A stretch of 64,000 nucleotides of DNA from Lama guanicoe (lineage: Eukaryota): contig MU053934.1 of assembly GCA_013239625.1 (NCBI GenBank), positions 5,536,399-5,600,398 of the forward strand, given 5' to 3'. The translations under genes were made by a program, and so were the position numbers. The notes under the pieces are model-generated. The model searched no databases and was not told where the DNA came from. It saw only the letters and a program-made list of their open reading frames with translations. Positions 42,060-54,489 of the stretch are shown one piece after another. Within the stretch, counting starts at the first letter, position 1. Every line of letters begins with the position of its first letter.

Positions 42060-42250
42060 GCCAGCCTGCCATAGTCTAGGGTGAGGAGAATCAGATACAA
42101 AATTTTAAATGGACACCAAAAAACCTCAATAATATCTCAAAAAAATCAAAATTAATGCCCCCCAAGTCCCCATGATGAACAAAATATCAAAATTTAAAAT
42201 ACAGGACAGACAGGATGGATGCCTCACTTGCCTCACCCTAATCCCAAGAG
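42060..42250 (+). mobile_element. MER96B-like hAT DNA transposon
   Basis: Sub-terminal inverted tagggtgagg ... cctcacccta, with internal aaaatcaaaattaatgc...catgatgaacaaaatatcaaaattt. Confidence 0.7.
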
Positions 42251-42489
42251 TGCAGCTTTCTGTTCAAGGGGATTCCTGAAGGTGGCCCTCGAAACCTCAC
42301 CGTGGATGGGAAAGTGGAAATGGTGCATTTCAAACTTTCCCACCAAAAGAACTTCATAGAAAAGAGAACACCCCTGCTAGGAGTAGCCAGAAGGCCTGCA
42401 GCAAGCAAGAAATTTCTTTAAGCCTCTTGTTTAGGCATATTTTGAATTTGACATCATAAAATATCCATTTTTGGTTTCATTCTATTGCC

Positions 42490-43525
42490 TTTTATTGAAG
42501 TATAGATACTTCAGAAGTGTACAGAGAAGTGCATCCAACATAACTACAGCTCAAAGGATTTTCACAAATGAGCACACACTTAACCAGCACCCAAATCAAG
42601 AAAGAGGACATGACAGGGACCCTAGAATCCCTCTCTTGGCCCCTCCGCTCATGACCATCCCAAGGTAGCTCTGACTTGATGTCTGACAGCACGGGTTAGT
42701 TCTGTCCGTTTTCGTTCTGTGCATAAATGGAATGATACAACCTAAAGTATTTTGAGTCTGACTTATTTTGCTCAAAATTCTGTCAGTGAGATTAGGCCAT
42801 AATCTTCATGTATGATTGTAGTCTGTCCATTCTCACTGCATGGTATAAATATATCATAATAAATTTGTATGTTCTGCTTATGTGGATTGTTTCAGGCTGG
42901 GCTGTTACTCATCATGCTGGCGTGAATTTTTAATGCATGTCTTTTGATTAACATACACATTTCTGTCGGGGGTGCACTTGCTGGGTCATAGGGAAGGCAT
43001 ATTCTTAGCTTTAGTATCTACTACTAGTTAGCTTTCTAGAGTAACTGGAGCAATTTTCACTCAGAGAGTTCCTGTTGCTTCACATCTTTGTCTAAGACTT
43101 AATATTCTTGATCCTTTTTATTTAATCTGGTCAAGTAGAGTGGTATCATACTGTTGTTGATTTGCATTTTCCTGGAGAATAATGAAGTTAAAAAACCTTT
43201 TTGCATATTTATCTGGCATTTTTTTAATGGTGCCTTTTGAAAAATAAGTTTTTAATTTTGATGAGGTCCAATTTATACTTTTTTTCTTATGTTTGTGCTT
43301 TTGATGTCATATCTAAGAACTCTTTGCCTAAGATCAAGGTCACAAAGATTTGCTCATACATTTTCTTCTAGAAGCTTTGGAGTTTTAGTTCTCACATGTG
43401 GGTCTATGATTCATTTTGAGCACATTTTTGCACATGGCATGAGGTGAGGGTTTACTTTTTTTTTTTTAACGTATCCAATTATCCTTGCACCATTTGTTGA
43501 CAAGACCATCCTTTCCCCCAGCAGC
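42490..43525 (-). mobile_element. Old LINE-1 3' portion
   Basis: tttattgaagtataga...; taattttgatgaggtccaattt; gcaccatttgttga..agaccatcctttcccc. Confidence 0.8.
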
Positions 43526-45295
43526 ATTACTGAGCAGCTGATTGTATCCCTCCTGAGGGCTGATCCACTGCTCGGTTTCAGTTATGTGCATAATAAATAC
43601 ATTTCCTCACTGTTCAAGCTCATTCAAGTTTTGTGTTGTTATCAGAAGCCAGAAGCAATCTAACGGTGTCCGTGTTGCCAGGGGATGGGACCCAGAAGGT
43701 CAAGGGAACGTTAGCCCAGTAGACCTTTTGGAGAATAACCCACACCTGCTCCTCAGAAACCCTTCTCAGTCCATGTGATTTCAGTGGATGGGAGCTCTGC
43801 CCCTTACCTCAAGAAGGCCATGCAATCCAATTCTGACCAAAAGACTGCATACCCCTGGAACAGGGATGCAACAAAACCGGGTCAGGCCGAGTGCTCCCTG
43901 GGATTTTTGCCGCAGTTAAGAAAAGCTGCTCTCTTCTCTAACTTCATAAACTGTAAGACAATGTAGGCTTAGAGCTGCCAGTGGCCATCTCGCTGTCCGG
44001 TGGCAGGAGAAGACTTAGAGTGAAACCCAATAATGACAGCAGGACCAAAACGTGGAGAGAAAGAGGCAGGGTCCTCACGACATCATCCACCCCTCTGGGT
44101 GAGCCACGCTCCACGCCCTCTGCATCTGGGGGCAAATCACAAAGCAGAGGTGGTAAGGACCCCCGCAACCAGCGGGAGCTCTGAGAGTTTCTGAGAAGTA
44201 TGCGGGTTATTCCCCAGAAAGTCGCCCGGGCTGCTCCGAGTCAGGGGGTCAGGTTGTGCTGGTCTCTCCCTGCAGGGTCCTACCAGACTAGAACTGGTTC
44301 TGAAGTGCTGTTTTCTGGGCCCGCAGGTGCTGCTATTGCACCGATTCATTCCGAAGTGATTATTTTTTTCTTGCTCAAATGGACAGGGATAGGAATTCCT
44401 CTGCCGCTCCCCAAGTCTCAGAAAGCTAGCATGCGGTAAAACCAGCAGCCGTATAAAGGATGATTAGAGTCACGCTGAACGATCGTAGGACCTTGACGGT
44501 ACCAACTCCCTACAGGTGAACCAGGTGCCTGCCTGGGGAGAGCGGCAACAAAGCAGCCACTTCACAAGGCAGGGCACCTTGGTGGCAAGGCACGAGTGGT
44601 TCTAAGCCTGGCTCTGCCTTGCTAGTCAGGTGAGCTCAGGTAATTTACTGAGTGTCCCCGAGTGTCAGTCTTGTGTGTGAAATTCAGGCTACACATGCCC
44701 ATGGGAACAGCCCTCAGCCTCTGCCTGACTACGAGGCCAGGCTTCCCGTGACTCGTAGTGGAGAACGAATGTTCTCTCAGGTCCCGCGTCTTCACTGTCC
44801 ACCTGTGCCCCTCACTCCCAGCGCCGCTGGGGGCCACCTTGGTGTGGGTCAGAGCCTGGGCTCCTGGGCTTGGTCCCTGCAAAGCACGCTGCCTGCTTCC
44901 CAGCAGCCCTGGGCCAGAGCCTCTTGATTCCCTTTCTCATTGTGTCTATCTCCCTGCACCCCAGTGTCCACCTTTACTGAAGGGCTGGGGTGATTAAAGA
45001 GAGTTTCAATAAAGAACTTAAAGCTGTGGCCTAAATCTGATGGTGGCAAGATGGAGAAAACCAGAGTTACTGGCATTCCTTTTAGGAGAAGCACTGTTTA
45101 TTTGTTCAGGAAAAAAAATTCCTTGCTAGACCCAGAGGGGAGAGGAGAACCCCCACCCCTGGAAGAACAGAGGGCACCCAGAATTCTCCCAAGTGCCTGG
45201 GGCAAGGAATTTTCAGGTTACACTGCAATGCGGTGGCAGTGGGAAAAGCGAGGGTCCTGGGTGTGACACCCTCCTTGACTCTCCAGTGATGGTCG

Positions 45296-45738
45296 TGTCC
45301 ACTGAAAGAAAAAGGCACAACATAAAAGTTGTGAGAGACATTTTATTTGAGGACTTTACTGAGAACTATAGCCAGGGAGGCAGTCACTCAGATGGCTCTG
45401 AGGAACTGCTCTGAAGAGATAAGGGAGGAACCAGGGTATAGATGAACTTCTAACATGTAGTGAAGCATAAAAATATTGCTGCTAATCACAAAGAAAAATC
45501 ATCTCATGTTAATGATTTTGGTGCTTTTCTATGTGTGGGAGGATGCAAGAATCTGGGGTCACTGAAAATTTTCCTTAGATGTGTCTCTTAACTATCTCGG
45601 GGCCAGTATATCCAAAGCACAGGATGCTTCCTGTTTTCTGCATCCTGAATTTCCCTCGGGGTGCACTGTCCTGGCTGCTGTGGCTCATGGCTTGATCCCT
45701 GTAGAACCGGAATGGCGGGCAACATTTTTTTCTTTACA
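45296..45738 (-). mobile_element. ERV1-like solo LTR (copy 1)
   Basis: TG...CA termini. Shares blocks with the neighbouring LTR (ggaggcagtcactcagatggctctg/ggagacagcctttcagaaagccctg; gtgcttttct..gtgtgggaggatg; cctgtagaacc.ga.tgg.gggcaaca). Confidence 0.7.
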
Positions 45739-46206
45739 ATCACATTCCTGAGAAGCTGAGGTGAGTGGTTGCTTTGTGAAGCTGGGGCAAGGGCTGTCCT
45801 TGCCTCCTGAGAATTTACCTCAAACTTCCAGAGACCCCAGGTACCCCCTGGGTTAGGAGGTTTTGTTCCAGAGTCCCAGGGGGAGAGAATCCTCCCAAGA
45901 GGGTCCCCATCAGGGGCACCTCTAGCTTCTAATCTCACTCCCCATCCTCATGTCGAAAAGTTAATCAATGGTCAATCTGAGAAAGAACTGGAGGGTTTTA
46001 TAACCTGAGGATCATAACCCAGGAGACAGCCTTTCAGAAAGCCCTGTTCCAAAGGACTGTTCCAAAGAGGTAAGGGTTGAGGGGAGGCCAGTATACATGT
46101 GATTTTGGCAAAGGGGGTGCATGCAGTCAAACACACATCTTGGCTGAAGGTTACTGCTCACTATCCACAAGGAACAGATAGCTTAGTCAATGGTTTTACT
46201 GCTTTT

Positions 46207-46769
46207 TTTTTCACTTACATATTTTTATTTGCAAATATTTCTATCAGTACAGTGAAACCAAATTTTAGAGACACTTGATGTCATTGGTTTGGATATCATT
46301 CCTTTATTATAAAAGAGAGACGTAGAAATTATTTACATGATGAAAAGATGTCAGCACTTCAGTGGAATGGGCGGCTACACGTGATGCCATTTCAAAAGTG
46401 ACTTTTCAGTCCACATATTTTCCAAGACTGTCACCATCTCTAAAAAAGAAATAATCCTTGTCGTCTAGAACCACTTTGCTGCCTCCGTATTCTGAGAGAA
46501 GAACTTTACCTCCAACGTTCACGCTCACGGGTTGACTGTCCTCACCCTTCCTTTGGAGCCCATCCAGCAGCTGCTCCTGCTGCCTGCAGTGCTCCTCCTT
46601 GAGACTTTTCTGGAAGCATAATGCCTCCTTTGCTTACAGTTTCGGCTGCAGTCCTTTTGACTAATACAGGGTCAAAGAGGGGAAGAAACTTTCTGAACGC
46701 CTGTCCCGCCGTGACTCCAGCCACCGCAGTTCAGATTCTGCTCTCCAGCCGCTGCCGCTAGGAGCTTCG
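46207..46769 (-). pseudogene. HSPE1: Processed pseudogene of HSP10 (chaperonin 10)
   Basis: Minus strand gives AGQAFRKFLPLFD...KGGIMLPEKSQG and, after two 1-nt deletions, ...VVLDDKDYFFFRDGDSLGKYVD* (CDS-equivalent 46406-46712, 307 nt versus 309). Start mutated to ACG. AATAAA at 46224-46229, short poly(A), TSD tgctttt at 46200-46206 and 46770-46776. Confidence 0.93.
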
Positions 46770-47000
46770 TGCTTTTCTTCCTAAGTGTGGGAAGATGACA
46801 GAAACCGGGCTCATCACATTTTCTCCTGAAAATATCTAATCATCTGAGGGCTGGTTCTGCCAGTTTTCCCAGAACACAGAACTGCCTCATCTTGATCTCC
46901 GCCCTGAACTCCTTTCAGGGTGTAGTGAAGGTCATACTGAATCAGGTCAGCAACTGATGACCTGATTCCTGTAGAACCAGATGGTGGGCAACACTCTTCA

Positions 47001-47152
47001 TTTTTTTAATTTGTATTTTTTAATTTATTATTTTTCCATCTTTTTTGAGGGGGAGGCAATTAGGCTATTCATCTTTTTAATGGAGGTGCTGGGGTTGAAC
47101 CCAGGACCTCAGGCGTGCTAGGTGTGCGCTACCACTGAGCTGTACCTCCCCC
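47001..47152 (-). mobile_element. tRNA-derived SINE (Vic-1-like)
   Basis: Reverse complement reads GGGGGAGGTACAGCTCAGTGGTAGCGCAC...GGTCCTGGGTTCAACCCCAGCACCTCC, with a T-rich tail on the + strand. Confidence 0.85.
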
Positions 47153-47170
47153 TACATCCTTTATTTTACA

Positions 47171-47805
47171 ATCCCCTCCCTTTAGGTACTCATTTCAACC
47201 AGGTTTTGGGAGGCATTTCCTGATCTATTTATACCAAGATGCTAGGAGTGCTCATTCCCAGGTCAGACAAGGATTTGGTTGACATTCACTGTGTTATTAC
47301 TGGTCTAGGCACTGTTAACAGTAACCAAAAGCCTCTGGACCGTCTGTCTCACTAGTTTGTTATGGTCCAGGAAATGGTTCCCTCTTGTTGCTTCTTCCCA
47401 GACCTAGAGTTACACTATTACGGTCATTATCTTATAGAACTATAGATTTGGTCAATCACTTCAAGTCTTCGAGTCCACTATTTTATTGGAGGCTCTGTCA
47501 CACATTTGGCAATGCAAGAAACAATAACCTTGTAAAACAGGCAGAATGCAAGTAATATAGCCGGCAACATGAATAAGGTCATAAGGAGATAATGTTGTCG
47601 TCTAAGGAGTCACACGGCTGGTGCCAGAAGAAGAAAAATTGATCTGTATGGTTGAGCAGGTATTTCTGCCATTGGGGAGGTCTGGTTAACACCAAGGAAG
47701 AGGCACGATGCACACTAGAGGGGAAGGAGGAGGCCCAAACGAGCAGAGAACATTTTTATGTTTAAATTTTTCTTGTCTTGCCTTAAAATATGAATTTTAT
47801 TTCAT
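47171..47805 (-). mobile_element. Truncated ERV internal sequence (3' end)
   Basis: Adjacent to the PPT/LTR junction. Sequence resembles decayed ERV1 (MER4-group) 3' internal regions; no second LTR seen. Confidence 0.5.
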
Positions 47806-48007
47806 CACCCAGAGTCTGTCCCCTCTTAAAAGGCTTGCTTTTCCCAACTTGCCCTGAAGCAAGTCCCCATCCATCTTTTAGGAAACTCTTGGGAGATGCA
47901 TGCCCCTCCTTCCAGCAGCAGACTTCTCCAAGTCTGAGTTGGTCCATAGTAGGTGCTCAGTAAATATTTGACGACTGATGGAATAAATAACAGTGAGCAT
48001 TTGTTAC

Positions 48008-48162
48008 GAGGGAGGGTATAGCTCAAGTGGTAGGGCGCATGCTTAGCGTGCATAAGGACCTGGGTTCAATCCCCAGTACCTCCTTCAAAAATAAATAAAC
48101 CTAATTACCTCCCCCTGCCAAAATTAAATAATTAAATAATAAATAAATAAAACATTTTTTTT
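48008..48162 (+). mobile_element. tRNA-derived SINE (Vic-1-like)
   Basis: GGGAGGGTATAGCTCAAGTGGTAGGGCGCATGCTTAGC...GGGTTCAATCCCCAGTACCTCC with A-rich tail. Diverged TSD (agtgagcatttgtt / agtaagcgtttgtt). Confidence 0.88.
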
Positions 48163-48364
48163 TAAATAGTAAGCGTTTGTTGCCAGCAGCCTGCAGAGCA
48201 CTCTGGGGAGGGAAGGGGGTTGGAGGGCTCTAAGGATGTCCTGGAACAGGCAGATACCATTCAAGTCAGGTCACTGCTTAGCTTTCAGCCCAACTGTGTG
48301 AGGGTATAGTTTGTGGAGGAAACTTCTGAAGCAAACACACACACTCCTTCCAAGATCAAACCTT

Positions 48365-49487
48365 AATTATTTTTTGTATTTTGGCAATTTGAACTGCATT
48401 TATTTTTAAACAAACAGGGAGGGTGGGAACATTGAGTGTTTTGAATGTTGTGTGCAAAACTGATCCACATCACCATCCCACCATCACAACTAAACCTGGT
48501 GGGGCAGGTAGGCTGGTTCCCAGCATCACAGGCAACACCGCATGTATGTTTTGTAATGAATGATGTAAACTTCGGTTTTAAGGCAGCTGGCACTCACGCT
48601 GCACACAGGCTCAGTTCCGTGCCCATTTCAGAAACGGGACAGTTAACACTTGAAAGCAAACTATAAGAGCAAAGAAGGGGAACCAGCATTATTTGACAAA
48701 AAGAATATTTTGTCAAAATATTTTCCCTTTCACACATACACAAAAGGAATACGGGATGGAACATTTAGAAAAACAAAGCACCCACCCTGCCAACTTCAGC
48801 CTGTTCCTTGACAAGTATTTCGAAATACTGATAAATAAGAGTGACTGCAAGCAGAATTCCAGTGCCAGAGCCCACGGCCCCGAGGAAGTCAGCCAACACC
48901 GACAGGACGCCCATGGACAAGCCCCTGAACGCGGCCGCCGTGGAGGGGTACCTATTAAGCTCATGAACCATAGAAGTACCCCTGTGGCCCCTCATTACCA
49001 TTTGCTGTTCAGTTACATCTTTGGCGGAGGAACCAGACACCTCTATCCACATCTTAGGAAACAACACACACGACCCCAACATGAAGATGATGTAAACGGC
49101 CACTTGGACACGGTCCTCCAATGTGGCACCCATGGACTCAGGAGGGGAATGACAGTAACAATGGCCCCCACTGGGTAGGAACGAGCAGGTCCTCCCCCAC
49201 TGACACAGGCCCACTGTCCTCATAAATTGACTAAAAAGTTGCCACTAAATCGAACCGATAGCATCTGAGAAATGATCTAGAGGTTGACAGCAGGGCCAAC
49301 TGGAGGAGAACAGGAATGTGGACAGTGTAGACGAGCTTGCTGGGGTCGCTGCTGGACAGTCCTCAATACCCGGCAGAATTAGCGAGCAAGTCAGCACGAA
49401 ATCCCTGAAAATACAGCAAACACAAAAACTGTGGCAGTGAGGTTCATGAGACTGGGTAAATTCTGACGATAGAAAGCCTCCCTTAAA
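48365..49487 (-). pseudogene. SEC61A2: 5'-truncated processed pseudogene of Sec61 alpha-2
   Basis: Intronless fragments [24 protein letters not shown]..., [53 protein letters not shown] (stop 48765-48767). The C-terminus EQAEV...ALFF fits A2 rather than A1. Frameshifts, an in-frame TGA and a 4-codon deletion are present. 3' UTR with AATAAA (48399-48404) and a decayed A tail. Confidence 0.88.
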
Positions 49488-50509
49488 GTGGTAAGATACA
49501 GCAGGAGGCGAGGTTCCAGCCCATAGCAGGAGCCCAGCGCCCGCCAGCTCCGTGCACGCACCCGCCTGGCACTTAAGCGAGCCCCAGCCGGGGTCAGCAC
49601 TGACAGAGTGAACGAGGTGCTGCATCTGCCCCTCCTCGAAAAGGGGAGACACTGTGTGACCAAGTGTGTCCTAGGACGAGAAGTGAGAGTGTCTCAGGCA
49701 CCAAATGCTGCGACATCGCTGTCCTTTGTCCTCAGATTGGCAAACGCTTCCTTAGCCCGTGCCACCCCCCAGGCACAACTCTGACCTCTTGACTTTACAC
49801 ATTAAATCATTAGTCCTCATGTGAGTTGTAGGAAATGGAGGCACAGGCAGGCTCAGTTATTGAGTGAGGTCACACAGGTAGTGATGGAAGAGCTGTGATT
49901 GGAACCCACACCACCTGGCACAGCCGTCCGGCCTCCAAGCAACAGTGCTGGGCCGCATGGTCTGTGGCTGGTTAGCTCTCTGTGGGTCAGGGGCTAACCT
50001 CTACCAGTTATGGGCGCCACTCTTGGGCGGGCCAATTTTATGCCATTCCTTTCTCTACTCATTCAAAGAGTCTTTATTAAACACCTGTTATAAGCTGAGA
50101 ACTCACTGGTCTAGGTCCTTGGGTTTCATTAGTGAACAAAGACAAAAACCTCTATCATACGGAGCTTACATTTTATTTGGGGGAAAGGTGGTAGGTGGGG
50201 AAAGACAATGAATAATAAATGTTATACTTCTGGTCATGGTGGACTAGGAAAGTCATACCAATGTTCCCAGTAACAATAGCTTAAAAATCCGGACAACATA
50301 TACTAAGTACCTTCTTAAAAGGGTAAAAGAGCTAAGAAGGAAGTAAGGAATTGCTGGGCCATGGTGGGTCTAGGAGATGCAATTCATTTCTTGACAAATA
50401 CTGACTTATCCAGTCCTCATCACTGCCCTCTGAATTGTCCTATGAAAACAGTAGTGCCTGGTCCGGGGCCAGGGCTGGTATCAGGTTTGTGAAAGAAACT
50501 AGCTTGCTA

Positions 50510-50725
50510 GGCTCTGGGGCTTTATATACGCTATCTCATCTGAACCTCACAACATCTCTATGAAGTAAGTACTATTGCTTGCTGTTATTTCCGTAACTTT
50601 ACAAATGAGAAAACAGAGAGTTTAAGCAACCTGCCCAGGATCACACAGCTAGTAAGTGGCAGAACAGGCTTTGAACCCAAGCTGTCTGAGTTCAGTCTGT
50701 AAACTAAGCCATGGTCCACACTACC
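50510..50725 (-). mobile_element. MIR SINE
   Basis: cctcacaacatctctatg...ttacaaatgagaaaacagag...cacacagctagtaagtggcaga...tttgaacccaag. Confidence 0.8.
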
Positions 50726-50949
50726 TCTTGGTAAGTAGTACCTATTGTTTTTCTATTGGCTTTAGTAGAAAGATAACTCTGGTAGGAATGTTACTATTAC
50801 TTTGTGTATGAATAAATGACTATATGATCTCTACTGAAATCTTGTTTTATGCAAAGATATTTAATTTCTGGTGTACAGCACAATACTCCCACCAGAAATT
50901 AACACAACGTTGTGAACCAACTATACTTCAATAAAATAAAATGACAAAA

Positions 50950-51500
50950 CATCTTAATAGCCCTGGACAAGCCATAAACCAGTCACAACAACTCTCCTGG
51001 CTTTGAGATTACTCTCATTTCTTCTGTGAGATTGGCAATTTCTCCTGCCTTAGATTGCATTATTTGGTCTACGATAGTCAAATCTTTTTATCCACATCTT
51101 AAGAACAAAGTGTACCACAACTTGTGCTCGGTTTTGCAAAGCACTTGCTGTTGCTTTGTAAGAAGAGTTGTCATCTCTCCAAAGAGAACTTTGTTTCACT
51201 GGCATCAGTTTCACTGCCTGTTGCTCCATATCCCTGTCTTTCTACATCATCACTTTTGAACCGACTGCTGAATTACAATATGATCTTTTTGAAGATATTT
51301 AAAGAGCACTAAATTCAGCACATGCAGTGCCAACAGTGCATCTAACTCAAAGTGAAGACAATATGGGCAGCTGTGCTCAGTTTCTCAAACTTGCAGCTAA
51401 TAATGTCTCCATCAGGACGCTGCCATCGATTGTCAGATACACTCCTAACATCAGAAATGTTGAAATGGGGGGGGATGTATGTCTTAAAATTAAATAGGGT
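50950..51500. mobile_element. Probable TcMar (Kanga/MER104-like) DNA transposon remnant
   Basis: End motif tgccatcgattgtcagatacac...tcagaaatgttgaaatg...atgtcttaaaatt. Confidence 0.45.
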
Positions 51501-54489
51501 AGTAAATACCTGTATTGATTAGAAATCTGAAAGAACGAGGAAGTGACAGAAAATTCCACCCAAGCTGACTTAAGCAAAAAGGATGTATTGAGCTACAGAA
51601 ATCCAAAAGTCCTTGTGTTAATCCAGCTTCAGGTATGGCTGGATTCAGGACTCTCGGATATAATCAGGTCTCGGTTTCTCATCATTTCTTGCTCTTTCTT
51701 CTATAGGAATGGCTTCAGTCTCAGGTTTCACGTGGTAGCAGGCTGGAACCAGCCACTCTAACCCCCACATCCTCTCGGGTCTCAAGTCCAGTAAAAAGGA
51801 GTGAGCGCCTTTGTCCCAGAATTTTGAACCTAAGTCTCAGTGCCACTCATTGGCTCTGACATGTCACCTGCCTGGCCCTGGACCAATCCTCGTGGTTTTG
51901 GGGTCCGTTACTACTATACCCCAGGGCTGAGTTACCTTCCTGGAAGCCCGGGGGGTGCTGGGTCTCCAGAGGAAAATGAGGGCGCGAAAAGGGGTGCAAA
52001 AACAATGGGTGGTAGACTGTGGGGAATTAGGTGAGATGAGCCCCCCAGGGCAAGCCCCTCCCTAGGTGGCTTTGGCCTTGCTCCTCTGATGCTGTCTAGG
52101 GGAGGGAACTCTGCTGAGACCTACCAGCTCCATCTGAATCAGCCCTGCAGGCGGCTGCCCTCCCGAGCCGGCCAGCTGACATGACACTGACTCATCTGCT
52201 ACGTGTGCTGGATGCTGCCTGGAAAGTTAATCAGCCTCTGAGGCAAGACATTCCTCCGGTGACGTAGGTTGGGGCCGTGAGTGGGTGGGAGTGAATGAAA
52301 AAGAGTGGGAGCAGCATGGCTCCTAAAGCGTTTATGAAGTGAAGAAGCACAGAGAGAAAGTGAGGGGGAGGTCAGGAGCAGCAGGAGAAGGCACCCCCCA
52401 GGGCTGTGGGTACTTTCTGCCAACAGGCGCATGCTGCCTGGTCCCTGGTCCCCCGTGCCCAGGAGCAGAGTGCCACCACCCCACCCCCTACCCTGCCCGG
52501 CAGCCCTCCTCCAGCTCTGCCCATCCCTTTCCTTCAGTCCAAGTTGCAAGGAGCAGGATGGTGCGAGAGGCAGGTCGGGAGAGGAACAGAGGAGGGAAGC
52601 TCGGTTAGGAGGGGGTCCTGCAGCAGAGGAGGAGAGCAGATGCGGGAGACAGGGAGCAGCAGGCAGGGGGCTGCGCAGGAGTGCTTTTTACAACCACCCA
52701 GAAACAGGATGGAACTCAACACGAAGCACCTGCCCTCTGTCAGGTCCCCAACTAGGAGGTGAGGATGCAGAAATAAATAGGATGTCGTCCCCGCCTTCAG
52801 GGAGCACAGATTCTAGCCTGGGACACAGTAAGAAACACGTTCATCACAATGGAATGTGGTGGTGGGGATCCGGGGTTTATTGAAGGAAGCTACCCCTGAG
52901 GCGGGAGTGAAGGAGGTCCCAGGTCAGGCCAGCCTTGACCCCGTCCAGAGGGCATGTGGGTGCGTTGAGGGGGCGGGGGGCTCTGGACACAGCTGTGCTG
53001 CAGGATGGTTCCCCTTGAGCCCAGGGGACTGGCCTATTCTACTCCCCTTTCAGGCTTTGGCTGCAGGCAATGGGGGGTGGTGACCGCCCTGGCAGCCAAG
53101 GGCAATTCTCCACACAAGGGGACAGCTGGCAGCGTAGCTGTGAGCCCTTGGAGCCCTCAGGCCCAGCAGCTGGAGGATGGGTGCCCCAGCCTGGCAGTGA
53201 CCTGGGGAGCTGGGGGTGGGGTGGGCAGCAGCATCTGCTCTGATAAGTGTTGTGCTGGATGTTTGGTGCAGGGCAGGTTAGGGGGCAGGAGGGAGCCAGC
53301 GGGTGGGGGGCTTCCTGGAGGAGAAGAACAGCTTCAGAAGTGACAAACAAAGGAAGGTCTGAAGGGTCAATATTACAAAAGTTGTAGGAGTGTGTGGCAC
53401 TTTCTGGAAATGCTAAGCTATTTAAGTACGACACTGGGCATAGGGTAGAAATAGGAGGTGATGGGACAGAGGCCTGACAGGTGGGCAGAGGCCAGATCAG
53501 GAGCAGTCCTGTGTGTCATCATAAAAAATTGGGGATTACAGTTCTTTTTAAAAAGAACTGGACTCTCATTCCACCCCCCACCTCTAACCTTTCTGCAAAC
53601 ATTTATCCACCGTCACAGGGTGAGGCAGTCCTGTTCAGTTGGATGAAATCAGGGCCCAGTTGCTGCAGAACTGAAGCAGGCAAGAGGCCACCAGCAGGCA
53701 GATGGCCAAAGAGGGACAGACGGCCAAAGGGGGGCTGTCTCCGAGGGCTGAAAACTCAGGGGTTGGGACCAATTTGAAAGTGAAGTTGTTTCCTCCACAC
53801 GGGCATTTTGGACGTAGAAAGAAAGTGTCATCAAAAGGGAGCCCCTAGAAGAGGAATGAGCGCAGAATTTGGAGTCAGAAAAGCAGGAGGCCTAGGCTTG
53901 GGGCCCAGCACCACCATGCCAGCTGGTCGACTCTGGGAAAGTCACCCAACTCTTCAAATCGCCGTTTCCACATCTGCATGGGGGATCAGATCTGTCCCAT
54001 GTGGTCGGCTCAGATAAGGCATGTGTGTAAAAAAGGCTGTATAAATGTTAGTTTCTGTCATTTTGCCTCAAAAAAAAAAAAAAAAGTCCACACCCAGGAG
54101 AATCCCGAGGCAGGCTCATTTTACTCCAGTGACCATTTGGCACTGAGCAGGTTGGGGACTTACTGGATGACACAGCAAGTCAGCAGCAGAGCCAAGGTGT
54201 AAACTCATCCAAGTACTGGCTGCAGCATCGTCAGCAGAATCAGCTGAAACCCAGCTTCACACTGCAGTTCAGATATCCAAGGTGTTCCCAGGAAGTCCCT
54301 TTCAGCAAAAAGTGTTCAAGGTGGTTCCCAGCAGGCAGCCCCAATATCCTCCAAATGGTTGGCAAGATGTAGCTGAGTGAGGTTCCCAGGAGGCAGGGTG
54401 AAAAGGGAGACAGTTTGCCCTGAGGACAGAAGAAGAGATCACACATTTCTCAACACTCCTTGAGGCCACAGTCCTCCTACCCCCGCCAA

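Larger units (their letters stand above)
45951..47170 (-). mobile_element. ERV1-like 3' LTR (copy 2), interrupted by the HSPE1 retrocopy and a SINE
   Basis: TG...CA termini and homology to copy 1 on both sides of the HSPE1 insert. A polypurine tract abuts it on the minus strand (atcccctcccttt at 47171). Confidence 0.72.

Noticed and set aside
48008..48085. tRNA-Ala-like sequence (also at 13831, 27540 and 47152)
   Set aside because: Each copy carries a family-specific 3' extension and A tail, and most show TSD-like flanks, so these are SINEs and not tRNA genes.
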